Shown here piece after piece: positions 25,424 to 36,070 of a DNA stretch of 50,280 nucleotides. The position numbers and the translations under genes are program-made. This DNA comes from a virus (lineage: Duplodnaviria; Caudoviricetes). The notes beneath the pieces were generated by a model. It saw only the letters and a list, made by a program, of their open reading frames with translations, was not told where the DNA came from and searched no databases. Where the stretch lies: the IMG/VR virus record IMGVR_UViG_3300017903_002974, positions 1 to 50,280 of that record; one strand, written 5' to 3'. Each line of letters opens with the position of its first letter. Position 1 is the first letter of the stretch.

Positions 25424-27340
25424 ATGCCAGGTTATAACGAAATAAAAACACAAAAAGCACTCCCCATTGGCTCAGTACAACCATACGGGGGCAATATAAC
25501 CGAAATCCCATCTGGATGGTTATTATGTAATGCTGATGAATTAGTTGCTGCTGACTATCCTTTATTGGCACGTGCCTTAAGGGATAGCTATGGTGGCAGT
25601 AATTTTGGTGGTGTATTTCCTAATTATACTGGCACTTTTAGGTTGCCCCCTACAAATGATAAAGGATTAGCAGATATATCAGTTTCTTATTTTGGAGTTT
25701 CTGAATCTGCTCAATATTCGGCTTGGCAAGCGAATAAAGAATATGGTGCTGGTGATGTAGTTCTTGCTGGTGGTGAATATTATTCTATTTCTATTAATGG
25801 AAATACTCCATCTGCCAATGGTGGTAATACTATCCCATTTGGTGAGACATATAATACTGATGGTGGTGCTATTACATATACTAGACAAGATCCTTCGCCA
25901 AATGTCCCAAATTCTATAGATAATATTGAAGCTGGTTTAGTTGTTAGAGAGTATATTGGAGATTTTTCTCCTGGATTTGAACCTGGAGATCTTGGACCAC
26001 CAAATGCTCAAGATGCTAGAACAGATATTTTATTTGAATATGAACAAGAACCAGATGGTACAGTTCAAAATATTTTTGTCACTCCTGGGGGTATTCCTGT
26101 TGTTAGTGAAATTAAAATTTATGAAGTTGGTGCCAATCAAGTTCAAGCAGGTACAAATTTAATTACTGGCAATCCAGTACAAGGTGATGGTGTTTCTTTC
26201 ACTGTTGTGTGGAGTCCTGGTGCTGCTGGACTAGCACCAACTTTAGATGTTATACGTAGAGAAAAGGGAGCTCTTTATAATGCCAATGATCAGGTAATCA
26301 TTCCAGGATCAATTTTTAATGATATTGGCGGCACCACACCAGAAAATGACATTACAGTATTAATTACTTCTGTTGGATCTGCTTTATTTGATGCTCAAAT
26401 TACAGGACATAGTTTAATTCCTGGTTTTTCTATCAAAGAACTTTTTATTGTTCCTAGAAAACTTGGTAGGTTGCATATGCCTAGTCATTATCATCCAGGT
26501 GTTTATGATACTATTAATTTCAATGATAATGATATTTCTCCTGGAATAGGTCCTACTATATTTTCTAACCCAACAGTATCAGCATCTGATTTTTTACAAA
26601 GAGATGACCCATGTTGGAATTTCGGTCCTTTAGAATTCTGTAGTCAGGAGGAAGGTTACTTACAATGTACCAATAGCAAGGTCACTGGATGGTATATTGG
26701 AAACAAGAATAAACCAAATAATAGCTTACAAAGTTCTCCATTCAGTCAGGGTGTTGGTCGTCATGCTCTTGGAATAGTTCAGGGTGGATTTTTGATTAAA
26801 GGTAACATTCCATATAAAACAGCCGCTGGTGCTCATGGAATTGCTGTTACATCTTTTGTTGGTACTGCTAGTTATGAAAATTTGAGAGATGGATCGGGAA
26901 GAGTTAGTAGTGGATCTCCTGCTAGTCCATATACTGGTTCTATAGAAAGAAGATTACAACAGTTAAGAGATGATGGAAAAATTTATCCAGGTCATAGTAT
27001 ACCATTTAGTGATGTAATTGAAACTGTTACAACTCCAAACGTTGACAATGCTAGTAGTGAGGATACTAATACCATGGGTCCAACAACAACATTATTTGAT
27101 CACGCTGGTGTTGATTTTAGTGTTGATGAACTTGGACAAGATAAAACCGTTATTGATTTTCACGATCATGAGGAGTCTCTCCCACTTCAATATAACGGGG
27201 ACGATATGTCAGTCTTGCAAACATTACAGGTAAAAGCTAGACCAAATATTACACCAGATAATTTAGAAGAAGCATTACAGATTAGATTTATTACTAGAGT
27301 ACCTTCTTTAACCATTGCCAACCTAATTCGAGCATACTAA
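25424..27340 (+). CDS. Tail collar domain protein (short tail fibre/baseplate wedge-like)
   Basis: LPIGSVQPYGG..IPSGWLLCN..EL..DYPLL...YGG...FRLP is a phage tail collar. It also has HMPSHYH and HDH metal-site motifs and a CBM-like WQANKEY..GDVV motif. Confidence 0.78.
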   Translation: MPGYNEIKTQKALPIGSVQPYGGNITEIPSGWLLCNADELVAADYPLLARALRDSYGGSNFGGVFPNYTGTFRLPPTNDKGLADISVSYFGVSESAQYSAWQANKEYGAGDVVLAGGEYYSISINGNTPSANGGNTIPFGETYNTDGGAITYTRQDPSPNVPNSIDNIEAGLVVREYIGDFSPGFEPGDLGPPNAQDARTDILFEYEQEPDGTVQNIFVTPGGIPVVSEIKIYEVGANQVQAGTNLITGNPVQGDGVSFTVVWSPGAAGLAPTLDVIRREKGALYNANDQVIIPGSIFNDIGGTTPENDITVLITSVGSALFDAQITGHSLIPGFSIKELFIVPRKLGRLHMPSHYHPGVYDTINFNDNDISPGIGPTIFSNPTVSASDFLQRDDPCWNFGPLEFCSQEEGYLQCTNSKVTGWYIGNKNKPNNSLQSSPFSQGVGRHALGIVQGGFLIKGNIPYKTAAGAHGIAVTSFVGTASYENLRDGSGRVSSGSPASPYTGSIERRLQQLRDDGKIYPGHSIPFSDVIETVTTPNVDNASSEDTNTMGPTTTLFDHAGVDFSVDELGQDKTVIDFHDHEESLPLQYNGDDMSVLQTLQVKARPNITPDNLEEALQIRFITRVPSLTIANLIRAY

Positions 27341-28275
27341 TGGCGTTTTATTCAACACTAAAGTCACATTTTGGTGGAGTCTCTGGCACCATCATACCTT
27401 TTACAGTTAAATTAGCAGCAGGAAATATACCGAACCAAGGTAATTTTAGAACTCTTTTGCCTGGAGGATTTTTACGTTGTGATGGTAGTGTATTGAATGC
27501 AGAACAATATCCTGTTCTTGCTCAAATTTTAGGTCTTGGTGATGATTCTAAATTCTTGAGACCTGGGGAAGTAATTGGTGCTAATGAATTTAAATTACCA
27601 GATTTGGGGTCTAAGTATATTGTTGGTGGAAGATCTTCTGGTGGATATTTGAATGAAACAGTGACAAATCCAGAAGTTCCAGCGGGAACATATCGTGTTG
27701 GTGCTGAAGTACAAGTTGATAGTTTGGTCGGATCTTCTGAAACAATTACATATGATGGATATTTTGAAATTGTTGATGAAGGTGGATTTGAATTTATTGG
27801 AGACCCAACATTTAATACATTGACTTCTGATGGAAGAACATTACCTTCATTTCTTCCCAACACTTCTTTCCAATCTCATGGTCATGAAGGGAATGTTGGA
27901 TATTTTAGATACTTAGGTAGTTGGTTAAACAGTCAATTTGTAAATAATGAAGGATCACCATCGGGTGTTAATGGTGCTGGTGGTACAAATACAGCACAAG
28001 ATGAGGGAAGTAATAATCTAGTTCAGATCAGTTTTCCTCCTGATGCTACTTTTGCTCCAAGTCATTCTCACCGTGTAGAGTTTCCTGGAGGTATTACCAA
28101 TATTAGATCAAAAAATTTGTTGAAATATAATTTTGAACCAGAAGCTGGTCAAACTAATGTACAAATTGATGCTTTGGGTCTTGAAACTACAGTAACTATC
28201 ACCACTTCTAACATATATAAATTGGATGAAGTTACCCCTCCATTTATCTTAGTAGAATATCTTATCAAGATCTAA
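27340..28275 (+). CDS. Tail collar domain protein
   Basis: GTIIPF...PGGFLRCDGSVL....YPVLAQILG...FKLPDLGSKY, HGH/HSH motifs and the terminal PPFILVEYLIKI. Confidence 0.8.
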   Translation: MAFYSTLKSHFGGVSGTIIPFTVKLAAGNIPNQGNFRTLLPGGFLRCDGSVLNAEQYPVLAQILGLGDDSKFLRPGEVIGANEFKLPDLGSKYIVGGRSSGGYLNETVTNPEVPAGTYRVGAEVQVDSLVGSSETITYDGYFEIVDEGGFEFIGDPTFNTLTSDGRTLPSFLPNTSFQSHGHEGNVGYFRYLGSWLNSQFVNNEGSPSGVNGAGGTNTAQDEGSNNLVQISFPPDATFAPSHSHRVEFPGGITNIRSKNLLKYNFEPEAGQTNVQIDALGLETTVTITTSNIYKLDEVTPPFILVEYLIKI

Positions 28276-28276
28276 T

Positions 28277-29863
28277 ATGGCTACTTTTGGTGGTATTGTA
28301 GAAAAAACTTCTAATAATGGAAACAGTGGGAATTGGCCAATTCCCACTGGAACTACTTCTATTAGGGGTGTTGCTATTGGTGGTGGTGGATCTGGTCACC
28401 AAGACGATACTGGAGATGATAAAGGAGGCGGCGGCGGAGGCGGCGGCAAAGCTGGTGGGTTTAAAAATGTTGGGCAGAGTACTGTCATAACATGGCAACA
28501 AGCAAATAGGGCAAAGACAAAAGCGGGTGGAAGTGAAACGCCTGGTTCTGGATCTACTGATGGAGGAGAGTCTTATGTATATGGAAACTCAGGAAGAAGT
28601 TGGGCATATGCTTCAGGTGGAGAGGGGGGAACTGATGATAATGGTGGAGCTGGTGGTGGATCTGGTAACGGAAATGAATTTAATGTGGACGGAAATCGAG
28701 GACAAGATGATGATGATGGTGGATATGGTGGTGGATGTGCTGGGTGTCCGAATGGTCAAGACCGTGGAGGGGGAACTGGTTGTACTGTAAATTGGAATAA
28801 TAATGCTGGAACAGTAAATACTGGTTGTGGACCAACACCCAGTGGAAAAACAAATAAAACTGGACAAGCTTTTGGTGGAGCAGGAGCTGGATCGTGGGAA
28901 GACTCGAATCCAGAAACAGAATATCCTGCTGGCAGGGGAGGAAAGGGATATGCTGGATGGGCTTATTTTTTTGCTGATCCTTCTATCGATTCGTCGAGTG
29001 TTAATCATCAATACAATACTAATTTAGCATTGGGTGAAGAACCTAGTGACGAAGTAACAATTAGTTGGACTGCTAGTAATGTACAAAGGGTAGAAATAAA
29101 AAAGAATGGTATTGTATATGCTACTGAAACTCAAAATCCCACAAATTCAAGTGCTACTATTAGTACAGGACTGAATTCAAATGCTGTGAATAATTCTCCA
29201 GCAACAAAAACGTATAATATTGTCGCTTATGGTTATGGAGGAAACACTGTAAAAAAAGAAGTAACAGTGAAAGTAAAAAATGACGATAATCCAAGTAAAA
29301 GTGATTTGACCACCGACGTTGAGAATTTAGATCCAGCAACACAGGTAACTATAAATATTGGATCTTTGGATGAAGTTGATATGCCAGTTTGGATTACTAC
29401 TGATGATGAGGGAGTAGCAATTAATAATCAACTTGGACAAAAAAAAGTAGGTCCAGGCAATGATATTAAGCTAAAATTTAATACTCTTCCATATGAAGTT
29501 GATATTACTGGCAGAACTGACGAAGAGACTGGTAAGAGAGCATTTAAAACCATTACTTTACAAATGGGCCCACATAAAACTCACGAAATAACTTTCAAAA
29601 CAAAGAGACCAATTATTAAAGAAACATTTGATTCTTTTGGAGAAAAGAACGCTTTGCCGTACCCAAAAATCAATATTGGTGATGATGACCCGAAGCAATA
29701 TTTGAGTGCTTCAAGTGTTGATGTCAATGATATTGAATTTACCAAACCAGACATTATTGCACGACTCGAAGACGGTGAAATTAGCACAGAAGTTAAAGTT
29801 AGTGATGAAAACCTACAAATTAAAAGGAATAGTAATTCCTGGAAGACACCTAGGGGGATATAA
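28277..29863 (+). CDS. Glycine-rich tail fibre/appendage protein
   Basis: N-terminal Gly-rich domain (IRGVAIGGGGSG...), Ig-like repeats, and a C-terminal half-repeat shared with downstream genes. Confidence 0.7.
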   Translation: MATFGGIVEKTSNNGNSGNWPIPTGTTSIRGVAIGGGGSGHQDDTGDDKGGGGGGGGKAGGFKNVGQSTVITWQQANRAKTKAGGSETPGSGSTDGGESYVYGNSGRSWAYASGGEGGTDDNGGAGGGSGNGNEFNVDGNRGQDDDDGGYGGGCAGCPNGQDRGGGTGCTVNWNNNAGTVNTGCGPTPSGKTNKTGQAFGGAGAGSWEDSNPETEYPAGRGGKGYAGWAYFFADPSIDSSSVNHQYNTNLALGEEPSDEVTISWTASNVQRVEIKKNGIVYATETQNPTNSSATISTGLNSNAVNNSPATKTYNIVAYGYGGNTVKKEVTVKVKNDDNPSKSDLTTDVENLDPATQVTINIGSLDEVDMPVWITTDDEGVAINNQLGQKKVGPGNDIKLKFNTLPYEVDITGRTDEETGKRAFKTITLQMGPHKTHEITFKTKRPIIKETFDSFGEKNALPYPKINIGDDDPKQYLSASSVDVNDIEFTKPDIIARLEDGEISTEVKVSDENLQIKRNSNSWKTPRGI

Positions 29864-29866
29864 GAA

Positions 29867-32800
29867 ATGTCTGGCACTTTTGGATCCATAAAAGGTATCG
29901 ATTCTTATTACAGAGCACAATGGCCTAGTGGTTGGATTAATTGGCACAATCATCTTCATAGCAACTCGACTAATCAAGAAGGTGGTAACTTAAACAGTCC
30001 AACATGGATTCGCTACGAAACAAATAAATGGTACATGTTTAGTAGCACAAATGCTCAAGGAACTAATGGCGAGCAAATGAACTCATTGTATCGTCATTTC
30101 AACCCTACATCGGAAAATCATATTATCACTGGTAGTTCTTCTCCGCCAGGTGGTTATGTTGCTAATGGATTACTAGGAATTGTTTATAAGAACAATGGAG
30201 TTAATAGAGTACCTATATACAGATTTCGTAAAGAATATTTTACTACTACATCATATGGAGCCGCTCAAAAAAACAATACTGTAACAACCTCGGGGGTTGT
30301 CAAAAGAATTAAATTGAGAGCAACTAACAGTACTAATCTTCAGGGTGGTACAATATGGTGTCCATACAACGTTTCTGGAGTGTATTGTGCCGTAATAAAC
30401 GGTGCTGATACTAATACATCTTCTAATTCATCAGGTTGTATTGACCCCACCACTGGTTCTGGATATAGAAACTTTTCGTGGTCAAATATAAGTGGTGGAA
30501 GTGGATCTGGATTACTTACTCATATGAGGATATTACCAGAACTTGGTAGCAGTGGTAACCCTAATAACTTGAGAGTCCAATATCCAGGAACTTGGTATAA
30601 TTCTGGCGGTGGAGATTTTGGTGAAGGTGGTGTATATTTCTCTGGTGGTTCTGGATACGCAGTTGGAGATGTTTTAAGACCAATTACTACTTGTGGTAGC
30701 TTTGATACTAACGCAAGCAACTTGTTTGAAGTTACTGAGGTTGGGAGTTACAATACCACAACAACGGAGCAAATTAATCGAATAGACCATCGAACTTCTA
30801 CGGATAGAATAGATACGTTGAATGATGGGTGGATATATGAGGGAATTCAGGGATATGCTCCTCTAAGAAGAGGGGGTTGTACAGATTCGTCTGCTAACAA
30901 TTATGATGCTTATGCCACAGAAGATAATGGGACATGTAGTTATACTGTTTATGGATGTACAGATTCTAACGCCGATAATTATGACTCAAATGCTGACGAA
31001 GATGATGGATCGTGTACATATACACCAGAATTTGAGTGGGGATTTCGTATAGCAAGCACTGCTCCAAGTGGAGGATTTTCTAATAATGTTATTGCTGATG
31101 AAGGAATGACATTTCAAATAAGACTTAAGTGGAGTAAAGCTAATGATATTAAAAACACTGGTTTTAGAGTAGGGTATGATTTTGATGAAAATGATCTTAT
31201 TTCTACAGCATCTCTTAGTGATTTTAATGGTGGCACTAGTAATGAATATGCTATAACTACTAACAGTGGTTCAAAGCTTTACAATGTAACAGCATCTGAA
31301 GATATTTCTGTTGGTGAAGGCAATGAAGTAATGAGGGTGGACTTCTTTACTAAAACTTCAGCTAATTCTGCTAAATGGTTTCGAGCAGGAAGAACAATTA
31401 CAATTAATGATAGTTCTTTTCAAATTCTTGGGTGTACAGATTCTACTGCCTTTAACTATAATTCTAGTGCTAATACTGATGATGGTAGTTGTGTGCCTTT
31501 TATCTATGGATGTACAGATCCAGAAGGTTATAATTATAACAGTGATGCCAATACCGATGATGGTAGCTGTTTCTACGCTCCCGTACTCCAATCTGCTGAA
31601 TTAGATCCAACAAATATTATATTACAGGGTGGATCGACATCTGATGCTAGTGTAAGTTCCACCCTGAAAGTGAGATGGTTGGGTAATAGGAATAATTATA
31701 CCACTGGAGATAATGGAACAAGCGATTTTATCAAAATTTATAGACAAACTACCCAAGGATATGGTTTTGAAGGGCATACTTTCGTAAGAGATTCATCTAG
31801 TTCAGAAATTACTTATATTGGTCCTGGTCCTGCTCCAGGTTATCAAGGTTTGTATGAATTTAGTGGGACTGTTACGTTAGAAAGAGACTATCGATCGGAT
31901 ACCGATGTCGTAACAAAAGTTCCACATGAATTTTCAATAACCACACATTTTTACAATGATGATACAAGTTCTTTTGAAGAGGGCGATAGAGATTTTGTTT
32001 TTCCTGGAACTGGTACATATTTTTGGCACAAACCAGATGGAGTGACCTATACAGACCCTCAAATTGGTTATGATTATCAACAGATAGCTAGTTTTAAAGA
32101 TAGGGAGACAAGGACACTAGTTTTCAAATATGTTGGATTTAATACTTTTAACACTATAAATGTGTATTGGGATATTGTAGGAGTTGGTGGACTTGTTACG
32201 GCAGCACAAGCTTTTGAAACAACATCGGGAGTGGTTTCAACTAGTCTTGATATCGAGTCATATAATTATCTAGTTGGAACACTCAGTATTCCGTTAACTG
32301 CTTTAGCACCAGCAACTACTTCACCAACTACTTATCAACTTACACTTAGATTAAATAATTCTAATGGTGTTATTGCGTGGCAACAAACTTTTCAGTTAAC
32401 TGAACCATCACCTGTAATGCTCACACCAAGTTTTACTAATTCAAATGGTGATGTCATAACTACTGTTCCTTTAAAAAATCAATATGTTGCTGATCATCCT
32501 TTCTATCATGTTATTGCTAATTGGTCGTATGATACTATTAGTGGTGGATTGCCATCAAGTCAGCAGTATCAAATTGTAAAAGTATCTGGTTGGAGTGGTA
32601 CAAGTGGCACTATTCCTGTTGATGATCGTGTATTTACATTCGACGATAATGCTTCTGGATCTGGTTTATTAAGAGAAACTTACACATCTCCAGCTCTAAC
32701 ACTTCCTGGCGATACCATTAGATTTATAGTTAGAGGTATTAATGATGGTGGATCATCAGGAACATTTGGAGATTTAGTGGCATATGATCCAGTAGTCATT

Positions 32801-35800
32801 AATAGTTATGGATATAGTCAAACAACAATTAATAATGCTGTGGCGTACACAAGTACTGGAACACCTACGCTAAGAGCAGCTGTCGGGCAAGTTATTACTC
32901 TCGAATTTAATGTTCAATATCTATCTCAGTATGTGATCCAAAGAAAATTTGAAAATGATGTAGTAGATTTAACTACGGTTGGCGATCGTACTGCTAATGA
33001 TTTTAGTAGTCCATCTTCGTTTTCTGGCACTCTTGATATCACTCAAGAATCTTTGCCAATTGGTGCTAGTGAACTTATTTTAAACATCTATGGTCATGCT
33101 AATGATGTTAGAACCGAAAAAGTTATTGTTGAATCTTATATACCTGTAACGTTAACAACAACTGTTACTGATAGTAATATTTCTGTTGGTGATTCTACTA
33201 CTATAAATCTTCAATTTGGTGGTAGCACTGATGGTGATATTATAATGATGCCAGGAAACATTAGTATTCCAATACCAGAAACTGGCAATACTATACCTGT
33301 AGTAGTTACACCAGATATTACAACGAATTACAAATTTACGTTGAATGGACTTGGTGGTGATACAACTGTTGCTTATAGAACTATTAATACATCATTACCA
33401 CCACAAATTGATTATTTTGCTCCAACACAAAATCCTATTCAAAAAGGAGATTCTTATGGAATATACTGGGGAGTTTCTGGAAACTATCAATCGATTGAGA
33501 TTAATGGTGTATCAATGACAGGAAACTCTGGTACTTATACACAGGCTGCTCCTAATGTAGATGATGATATAACACATGTAATAACAGTTGTTGGAATTCT
33601 TGGACAAACAATACAAGAATCTTTTACTGTAACTATTAAAGACATTTTTTATGGTAGTGATACCGAAGGTGCTGAAAACATTTTGTTTAATGAAATTGTT
33701 AGAGGTGGAGACTTAGATCCAGCAACCACTCCCCAGACAATAGTTATTCCATTTAATAATCTTAATACAGTAATTAGTGTTTGTAGTGCTGCTGGTGGCG
33801 ATGGAGCTCCATCTGGAAGTTCTCCCACAACAACTGGAGGTGCGGGAGGAAAGGGTTTTGGAGCAACATTTGATTGGCCAGATTTTAATTCATCTTCATT
33901 ACAAGTAAACCCTGGACAAAAGGGTCAGACGAGAACTACATCTTGTACATCTTGTTCTAGTAATGGTGGTCTTGGATTATATGGTGGAGCTCCGTCTGGA
34001 ACTGTAGCATCAGGTGGTAGCGGTGGTGGTGGCGGAGCAGCCACTGGTGTTTATGAAGGCGATAATCAAACTGTTATTATTGAAGCTGGTGGCGGCGGTG
34101 GAGGCGGTGGAGCTTCTTTGGGTGGATACAGTGGATTAAGTGGTCAACGATCTATCGGATGGAATGCAACAACAGGAAATATAGGGCATTCTGTTGGTGC
34201 TATTGGTGGTAATGCCAATCCAAGTGGAGGCGGATCTGGTGGAGGTGACGGCGGAGGGGGAACTTCGTCAACTAGCACACCATCATTAACTCCATCTTCT
34301 GGTGGTTATGATAATAACACAGCTGCTGAAGGCGGTGAGGGTGGACTGAGCATATATCGTAATGATCTTGTCACACTTCGAGCTAATATTCCTGGATTCC
34401 CTACAACCAATTTATCTCCTTTATCTACTTATGGTGATGGTTGGGTATGGGTACAATATGTTACTGGTGTTCCAAAAATTGTTTCATTTACTGTAACACC
34501 AGTAGATAATGTTGGGTCAAATATCTTTGATATAAGTTGGGAAACTGAAGGGATGCTTAATGTTGTAGTTAGACAAGACGAAGCAAATATTACTGTTGAT
34601 GATCAAAATCTTTCAGGAGAATACATCGGATGGTCATCTAATTTAGTTTCTATCGCTGGTGTTGTATCTCCAGCAACAGATTCCTTCACGATCACTGCTA
34701 ATGGATATGATTCTAACGTATATACCCAAACAATTAATGTAACCGTAGTTAATGATTCTACTCCAGATACAGATAACTGGCAAACGACAAATGAGACAAA
34801 CCCAAGTATACAAATTGAACAGAACTTAGGAAATCTTATTTCGGAATTGCCTGTTACCTTATACAATCAACCACTGTCTGGTGTAACACTCGGACCATCA
34901 AATAATGGTCCGTGGAGTAATGAATATACCTTCCAACCAGGACAAGTTGTTTGGATTAGATATTTCTCTCTGCCGTTTAATACTGATGTTACTGATCAAA
35001 CAACAGGAGAACTTCTAACTGGTTTGTATGGAAATACAAATGATAAACCAATTGAAATATATGCTGGAGGTAGATGGTTCCCAGAATTAGAAGGAACATC
35101 TATTGTTGTTAGTGGCGCTGGTCCATATGGTGAAGCAGGTAAAGGAGAATTGGGTGGATTTGTCGCTCCAGGTGAAACGAGGGGTATATTATTGATGGGT
35201 TCTTATGGTGATACAGAACACACTCCTGTTAGAACTGCTACATGGTCTAAAAATACAACCAATGTTAATGAAATCCGTATTAATCATATTTCTGGTAATG
35301 GTAGTAATGGTGGAGAAAGTCCTAATGACGAAAACGAAGTTTTAGAATTAGTTATTGATCCCAACGATGGTACAACACCTAGAGTTGTTGAGATTGTGCC
35401 CAAAAGATCTAGTGTAACAAAACCAGCTACAAGTAGATACTTTATTTCTGGTAATGTTCCCCAATATTATCCATGTGCTGGTCGTCCAGGTGCTACACTT
35501 ACTGCTATTTCATATAATAGTGACAGGTCAGTCGTATTTTGTTGGTACAGCGAAACTTACCAAGTTAATGATTATGATCAACAATATGGAAACTGGAAGC
35601 AGACGGGAGTTCCTTTGCTATCCAATGAAAAAGTCTCGAATTGTACTTTTACATTAAGATCTTATGGAAGTAATCCAGAATTTAGTAATGCTATTCCGTC
35701 AAGTATAGCAGCGAATAATAAGAATGCTGGAGATCTTTTTGCCATTAATCAAATTATATATGTGGAATCAAATGGAAATACATCTAGCGATCAACCAGGA

Positions 35801-36070
35801 ACATTCCGAGTTGATTTTTTAGCTAAAACAAGACCACCTGTTATACATGAAGACTTTGATTATGTAGGAACAGTTAATGTTGACGCATTTCCTGATATTG
35901 ATTTTAATGATCAAAATTCCGTAGAATATATGTTAAGTAATTCTATTCAAGTTGATGATATTGAACTTTTTAGAAGTGATCAAGCATTAGAAATCAGATC
36001 AGATGATCCAAATGTTCAAGTAAAAATAAATAGTTTACCTTGGCAAAATGTTAGAGAAATTGAAGAATAA
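29867..36070 (+). CDS. Large multidomain tail fibre/adhesin-like virion protein (2067 aa)
   Basis: Four GCTD..A.NY...A..DDG.C repeats, a Calx-beta-like unit, Ig/PKD-like repeats, a Gly-rich domain and the shared C-terminal half-repeat. Confidence 0.75.
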   Translation: MSGTFGSIKGIDSYYRAQWPSGWINWHNHLHSNSTNQEGGNLNSPTWIRYETNKWYMFSSTNAQGTNGEQMNSLYRHFNPTSENHIITGSSSPPGGYVANGLLGIVYKNNGVNRVPIYRFRKEYFTTTSYGAAQKNNTVTTSGVVKRIKLRATNSTNLQGGTIWCPYNVSGVYCAVINGADTNTSSNSSGCIDPTTGSGYRNFSWSNISGGSGSGLLTHMRILPELGSSGNPNNLRVQYPGTWYNSGGGDFGEGGVYFSGGSGYAVGDVLRPITTCGSFDTNASNLFEVTEVGSYNTTTTEQINRIDHRTSTDRIDTLNDGWIYEGIQGYAPLRRGGCTDSSANNYDAYATEDNGTCSYTVYGCTDSNADNYDSNADEDDGSCTYTPEFEWGFRIASTAPSGGFSNNVIADEGMTFQIRLKWSKANDIKNTGFRVGYDFDENDLISTASLSDFNGGTSNEYAITTNSGSKLYNVTASEDISVGEGNEVMRVDFFTKTSANSAKWFRAGRTITINDSSFQILGCTDSTAFNYNSSANTDDGSCVPFIYGCTDPEGYNYNSDANTDDGSCFYAPVLQSAELDPTNIILQGGSTSDASVSSTLKVRWLGNRNNYTTGDNGTSDFIKIYRQTTQGYGFEGHTFVRDSSSSEITYIGPGPAPGYQGLYEFSGTVTLERDYRSDTDVVTKVPHEFSITTHFYNDDTSSFEEGDRDFVFPGTGTYFWHKPDGVTYTDPQIGYDYQQIASFKDRETRTLVFKYVGFNTFNTINVYWDIVGVGGLVTAAQAFETTSGVVSTSLDIESYNYLVGTLSIPLTALAPATTSPTTYQLTLRLNNSNGVIAWQQTFQLTEPSPVMLTPSFTNSNGDVITTVPLKNQYVADHPFYHVIANWSYDTISGGLPSSQQYQIVKVSGWSGTSGTIPVDDRVFTFDDNASGSGLLRETYTSPALTLPGDTIRFIVRGINDGGSSGTFGDLVAYDPVVINSYGYSQTTINNAVAYTSTGTPTLRAAVGQVITLEFNVQYLSQYVIQRKFENDVVDLTTVGDRTANDFSSPSSFSGTLDITQESLPIGASELILNIYGHANDVRTEKVIVESYIPVTLTTTVTDSNISVGDSTTINLQFGGSTDGDIIMMPGNISIPIPETGNTIPVVVTPDITTNYKFTLNGLGGDTTVAYRTINTSLPPQIDYFAPTQNPIQKGDSYGIYWGVSGNYQSIEINGVSMTGNSGTYTQAAPNVDDDITHVITVVGILGQTIQESFTVTIKDIFYGSDTEGAENILFNEIVRGGDLDPATTPQTIVIPFNNLNTVISVCSAAGGDGAPSGSSPTTTGGAGGKGFGATFDWPDFNSSSLQVNPGQKGQTRTTSCTSCSSNGGLGLYGGAPSGTVASGGSGGGGGAATGVYEGDNQTVIIEAGGGGGGGGASLGGYSGLSGQRSIGWNATTGNIGHSVGAIGGNANPSGGGSGGGDGGGGTSSTSTPSLTPSSGGYDNNTAAEGGEGGLSIYRNDLVTLRANIPGFPTTNLSPLSTYGDGWVWVQYVTGVPKIVSFTVTPVDNVGSNIFDISWETEGMLNVVVRQDEANITVDDQNLSGEYIGWSSNLVSIAGVVSPATDSFTITANGYDSNVYTQTINVTVVNDSTPDTDNWQTTNETNPSIQIEQNLGNLISELPVTLYNQPLSGVTLGPSNNGPWSNEYTFQPGQVVWIRYFSLPFNTDVTDQTTGELLTGLYGNTNDKPIEIYAGGRWFPELEGTSIVVSGAGPYGEAGKGELGGFVAPGETRGILLMGSYGDTEHTPVRTATWSKNTTNVNEIRINHISGNGSNGGESPNDENEVLELVIDPNDGTTPRVVEIVPKRSSVTKPATSRYFISGNVPQYYPCAGRPGATLTAISYNSDRSVVFCWYSETYQVNDYDQQYGNWKQTGVPLLSNEKVSNCTFTLRSYGSNPEFSNAIPSSIAANNKNAGDLFAINQIIYVESNGNTSSDQPGTFRVDFLAKTRPPVIHEDFDYVGTVNVDAFPDIDFNDQNSVEYMLSNSIQVDDIELFRSDQALEIRSDDPNVQVKINSLPWQNVREIEE
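30875..31570 (+). repeat. Four Cys/Asp-rich GCTD repeats (two tandem pairs) within the CDS
   Basis: GCTDSSANNYDAYATEDNGTC (30875), GCTDSNADNYDSNADEDDGSC (30953), GCTDSTAFNYNSSANTDDGSC (31430) and GCTDPEGYNYNSDANTDDGSC (31508). Confidence 0.9.
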
